Below, piece by piece: positions 59,443-64,000 of a stretch of 64,000 bases of DNA. Every line of letters begins with the position of its first letter. Position 1 is the stretch's first letter. The stretch covers positions 71,796,001-71,860,000 of the forward strand of contig OZ024740.1 of NCBI GenBank assembly GCA_964016885.1, in the 5' to 3' direction. The notes under the pieces are model-generated. The model did no database searches, was not told where the DNA came from, and saw only the letters and a program-made list of their open reading frames with translations. Position numbers and translations under genes: made by a program. This DNA comes from Eledone cirrhosa (lineage: Eukaryota).

Positions 59443-59937
59443 CAGGGTGTCTCAAAAAATGTATACACACTTTGATTAGAATGCTTTTAAAGTGGTAATT
59501 TACTATTTTATGTTCGTAAACTAAACTATTCCCGAATGTCAATAAAAAAAACAAAAAAACTTTATTAAAATTAATACAAATTACTGATAACAATTGAAAA
59601 TGCTGCCTGCAATAGTAAATTACCGGTTTGGTTGAAAATATGTGGATGAGGGCAAAACGTAAAATCCGTCGACAATTTGGTACTTCAGACGCCCTGTTCC
59701 CAAGTTATTTGCATGAATTTATTTGGCGAAATACTGTTCGTGCTGATAATACTTTTGCAGCATTTTCAATTGTTATCAGTAATTTGTATTAATTTTAATA
59801 AAGTTTATTTTTTTTATTGACATTCGGGAATCGTTTAATTTACGAACGTAAAATAGTAAATTACCCATTTTTTAAGTTTAACAGCATTCTAATCAAAGTG
59901 TGTATACAATTTTTTGGGGACACACACACACACCCTG
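59443..59937. mobile_element. Tc1/mariner-type MITE with ~165-bp TIRs
   Basis: CAGGGTGT...ACACCCTG termini, TA on the right flank; 59443-59606 complementary to 59757-59937. Confidence 0.8.
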
Positions 59938-60396
59938 TATATGTATATATGTATTTATTCATACGCGCGAGCCGACACAGGCACCCTAACAATAACGTGT
60001 GGGTGTGTACAGTGAATCCGGCAAATCAGATAAGATATTTTCATTTTTTTCTGCTTCTGTCGAGATATATTAAGAATTCACCCAAATATACTATGTTCCA
60101 CGTTCCACATTTTTTTCTTGCGGCGGGGAAAAAGAAACAGCTTTATTTCCGGGTAGGCGTGATTCATTGAACTAAAAATCAACACCACCTCACTTAGCTT
60201 CGTTTTAATACCCCGGTATACTATAGATATATACTTAAAGAGTGCTTTGTGGCAAAACGAATCATAGATTACCTACAATAAATTAATTAAGATATATTAT
60301 TAAATAAAACGTCATTTATGGTTAAGTTCTTAACTGTGGAGAGGCGTAAAGGATAATCGTTGTACTGTCAACACTAAAATAAGAAGAAATAAATAC

Positions 60397-60523
60397 CAAT
60401 TTCAGGATGGAAAATGATTCCTTTAAACACTGATTCAACTAATGGCCGAAAACATTCGTCAGGTACGCTATGAGCGTCACCAGATGAACGAATTCCCTGA
60501 TAGATGTCCTCAGATAAATCCAT
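60397..60523 (-). CDS. COMMD3: Probable first coding exon of COMM domain-containing protein 3
   Basis: AAAC-ATG; MDLSEDIYQGIRSSGDAHSVPDECFRPLVESVFKGII aligns without gaps to the recalled human N-terminus MELSESVQKGFQMLADPRSFDSNAFTLLLRAAFQSLL; phase-1 donor G|GTATTT; no further exons recognised. Confidence 0.62.
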
Positions 60524-60603
60524 GTTTTTCTGTTTGTTTCTACCGTAAGTGGTTTCTAGTTTAGAAGAGTTCCAGTCAAAAGTGACAGTGACTGTTAAAT
60601 GAT

Positions 60604-61104
60604 TAGGCATACGTTAAGACGGGCGTTCCGGAAAGTGAAAGTAAATTTTTTGACAACAGTGAATTTGTTTTTTTGTTTTTTTTTAACAATGAAAGTTACG
60701 ATACACACGCAATTGTATGGATTTCTTAATATATATATATGTGTGGGTGTGTATATGTGTGTATATATGTGTGTACACTGTGAATTTGTTTGTTTATTTA
60801 CAACAGGTCTCTATAGTGATATGGCGTTAATTAGTATTGCGTGTGTGATTATTTTTTCTTTAGATAGACGTTAAACGATGATGATGACACAAACACATAT
60901 ATATATATACAAACACACACATATATATACATACAGACACACATATATATACACACATATACACACCCACACATATATATATATTAAGAAATCCATACAA
61001 TTGCGTGTGTATCGTAACTTTCATTGTAAAAACAAACAAACAAATTCACTGTTGTCAAAAAATTTACTTTCACTTTCCCGAACGCCCGTCTTAACGTATG
61101 CCTA
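60604..61104. repeat. Inverted repeat or MITE-like structure, ~165-bp arms, starting 80 bp upstream of the putative COMMD3 ATG
   Basis: TAGGCATACGTTAAGACGGGCG... versus ...CGCCCGTCTTAACGTATGCCTA; spacer holds a ~20-nt RTE tail. Confidence 0.85.
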
Positions 61105-61132
61105 TATATATATAATGAAATATATATATATA

Positions 61133-61429
61133 TTAAAATACAAATATTAATAAAATAGATTTTCTTTTGATCAATTAAATTTTATTATACATATTTCGGA
61201 GGTACAACAGTACGTCCTCACCAGACAAAATATAATGATACATGACATACCCTGAGATGTTAAATGGTTAAGATTTAATTTGATTAAATCTTAACCATTT
61301 AACATCTCAGGGTATGTCATGTATCATTATATTTTGTCTGATGAGGACGTACTGTTGTACCTCCGAAATATGTATAATAAAATTTAAATGATCAAAAGAA
61401 CATCTATTTTATTAATATTTGTATTTTAA
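61133..61429. mobile_element. Head-to-head palindrome (147-bp arms, 3-nt loop) of hammerhead mini-element H6
   Basis: Arms differ at only a few positions; TA tracts on both sides. Confidence 0.85.
61331..61383 (+). ncRNA. Minimal type I hammerhead ribozyme motif, predicted cleavage after AUA at 61376
   Basis: Stem I ATTTTGT/ATAAAAT; core CTGATGA; stem II GGAcGTAC-TGTT-GTACcTCC; GAAA; stem III ATA-TG-TAT; mirror at 61179-61231 (-) has CTGGTGA. Confidence 0.78.
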
Positions 61430-61454
61430 TATATATATATATATATATATATAC

Positions 61455-61573
61455 TGAAAATATCGAATAATGTACACCATTTCACCAGTATCACACACAC
61501 ACACACACGTGTATGCGCACATACGCACATATATACACACACACATACACACGCGTACATTAACATACAAAGA

Positions 61574-61622
<49 letters not shown>

Positions 61623-62271
61623 CTCCGTATAAGACAAGAGCTGAAAAATATCTTTTAACATGTTAAAATATCCCCCACACACTTACAGACACATTCCTAC
61701 TGACCATCCCTCTACCACGAATTACTCTGCTACACACACACACACACACACACTTGTCTTAATAGGCATTTGAACTGTCAACAGGCTGCGGTTCGCACAC
61801 ACATCCCTGCTGACCATTATCACAACAACGAACCTCTTTACTACTACTACACACACACACACACATATTTGTTTTGAAAGACTTATTTTTCAGTGGCTTC
61901 TCAATCAGCCGACACAAACCTACATTTGGCGCAAAATCAATTTTTAACATTCACATGACCTCTACCGACCAATCAAAATTGTTTTGACCACAAGAATTTT
62001 TGCAACACGAATTGGCGCAAAACTTATTTTAATACCGCTGGAACCACTTTTTTAACATAAAAACAGGTAGAATTTCCAAAACTAATCAGATCAGAGCAAA
62101 CATCACGGACGCTCTATCTCAAAATTATTTTTGAAAAGCATTAGAAATGCGCAACCGGTAAAACTTAAAACCAAAGCTGAATACTAACCAATACTATTAC
62201 TGATTCTCACTTATTCCTAATTAAACTATTTTTCACTGTGAACAATTTGTCAGCATTTTCTTTTCCGTTTA

Positions 62272-62277
<6 letters not shown>
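61455..62277. mobile_element. Second copy of the unclassified repeat at 29355-30265
   Basis: Same orientation, collinear homology. Confidence 0.65.
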
Positions 62278-62311
<34 letters not shown>

Positions 62312-62359
62312 ATTATATATATATATATATATATTTGATTATATATATATATATTTGAT

Positions 62360-62390
<31 letters not shown>

Positions 62391-62393
62391 ATA

Positions 62394-62532
62394 GCGAAGG
62401 AGTTGTGGTAAGGAACCAGATGAACCATAACGCACCAGAGTACTCAATACTTAGGGTAGTAGAGTGGGTAATAGGAGAAAGTATGACCCCGACGGCAGAG
62501 CTCAAGCCGTTTCAACGGCTATTTCTGGACTA
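62394..62532 (-). mobile_element. H2-family terminal fragment with 3' half of hammerhead
   Basis: Homologous to 8741-8879; minus strand GAAACGGCTTGAGCTCTGCCGTCGGGGT. Confidence 0.75.
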
Positions 62533-62551
62533 TGTGTATATATATATATAT

Positions 62552-64000
62552 ATCATCATCATCATCATCATCATTTTACGTCCGCTTTTCCCTGCTTGCA
62601 AGGGTGGGACGGGTCTTATTCAGCACAGCATCTCTCCACTCGTCACGGTCCCTCGTCATCTCCACCGTGAGCTTCAATGATCTGAGGTCTGTTCTCACCA
62701 CCTCCGCCCATGTTTTTTGTGGTCTACCTCTACCACGTCTTCCTTCAACTGGCAATTCCTGGCACTTCTTCACCCATCGGTCATCCTCCATGCACATCAC
62801 ATGTCCATACCACCTCAGTCTCCTCTCCCGTACACTACATTCTATCCCTCTCAGACATAGTTTCTCTCTCAACACATTTATGCTGGGTCGTTCACGCACA
62901 TTTACACTGCACATCCAACGGAGCATGCTTGCCTCATTTCTCTCCAGCCGTCGCATATCCTCTGCAGTTGCTGCCCATGTCTCACTACCATGCAGCATCG
63001 CGCTCCTCACACAGGCATCATACAACCAGCCTTTCGTACGCAGGGAGAAACCCTTCTTCGTCAACAGAGGAAGCAGCTCCCTAAACTTCTTCCAACCCGT
63101 CCTTATTCTAGATACTATGGCCTTGGAACACCCTCCTCCCTTGCTAATCTGATCTCCTAGGTACCGGAAGCTATCCACCACTTCTATAGCGCCCTCCTGC
63201 ATTTGATAAATGTGTCTATCAATGCGACTTCTACTGTCTAATTTCCCTGTACATCTACTGCATACATATTTCTCCCTACCTGTTAGTTTGCCTGCTATCC
63301 CGCTACATCTCTTGTGTACCCAGGATCTGCATTGTGTGCATTTTATAGAATTTATGCCAGTTCCTTTTCTGCATATCGAACATGGCCATTTCCCTGATGG
63401 AATCAGGGTTTTGTCCTCTTTTCTACTCATCAACACTTTTGTCTTAGCTAGATTCACTCTCAGTCCTCTTGCTTCCAACTGCTGTTTCCATAGCCAGAAT
63501 TTATTCTCCAGCTCCTCTACTGATTCTGCTATAAGAACCAGATCGTCAGCATAGAGAAGTTCCCATGGACAGTCAGTCTTAAACTCCTCTGTTATGGCTT
63601 GGAGGACTATAATGAACAAGAGCGGGCTGAGGACCGAACCCTGATGTACTCCTACTTGTATCTGGAATTCCTCACTAAACTCCATTCCTACCCTGACTTT
63701 ACTGAGAGTACCTCTGTACAAAGTTTGCACTGTCCTCACAAGCCATTCCTCAACACCTAGCTTCCTTAGAGACCACCAGATGACAGATCGGGGTACCATA
63801 TCAAAGGCCTTCTCTAGGTCAACAAAGGCTAAGTATAGTGGCTTATTCTTCTCTAAGAACCTCTCTTGCAATTGTCTCACCAAGAAGAGGGCATCTGTTT
63901 TACTCTTCCCAGGCACAAAACCCAACTGCATCTCCTCTAGTTTGACCCTTTCTCTAATTAGTTGTGCTAAAATCCTTTCTGCCACTTTCATAACCTGATC
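62552..64000 (-). mobile_element. RTE-B LINE continuing beyond the window
   Basis: ORF 62576-63991 with RT and PHD finger; (CAT)n at 62552. Confidence 0.95.

Overview
Animal genomic DNA, most likely a cephalopod (octopus-type), inferred from the SINE and RTE families present. About two thirds of the window is an archipelago of imperfect (TA)n microsatellite arrays packed with retroelements; all the long Y/I/H/T/M/C-rich ORFs in the ORF track are artefacts of these arrays. Contents: three related RTE-clade LINE families (called A, B and C here; APE endonuclease, RT and an internal PHD-type finger, with (GAT)n tails), one near-complete CR1-type LINE (CCCH-finger ORF1, candidate -1 frameshift into ORF2), two tRNA-derived SINE families, a non-autonomous Helitron and several MITEs. 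One probable host exon, the first coding exon of COMMD3 (minus strand, 60397-60523), may place the ~60 kb to its left in an intron. Main result: at least six short non-coding element families with little sequence similarity to each other carry a type I hammerhead ribozyme motif with a palindromic stem III, 50-190 nt before a 3' end that runs into a (TA)n array. Three of them form head-to-head palindromes. This fits a community of Penelope-like or retrozyme-like mini-elements targeted to (TA)n. All structures were folded by eye and no database searches were run.
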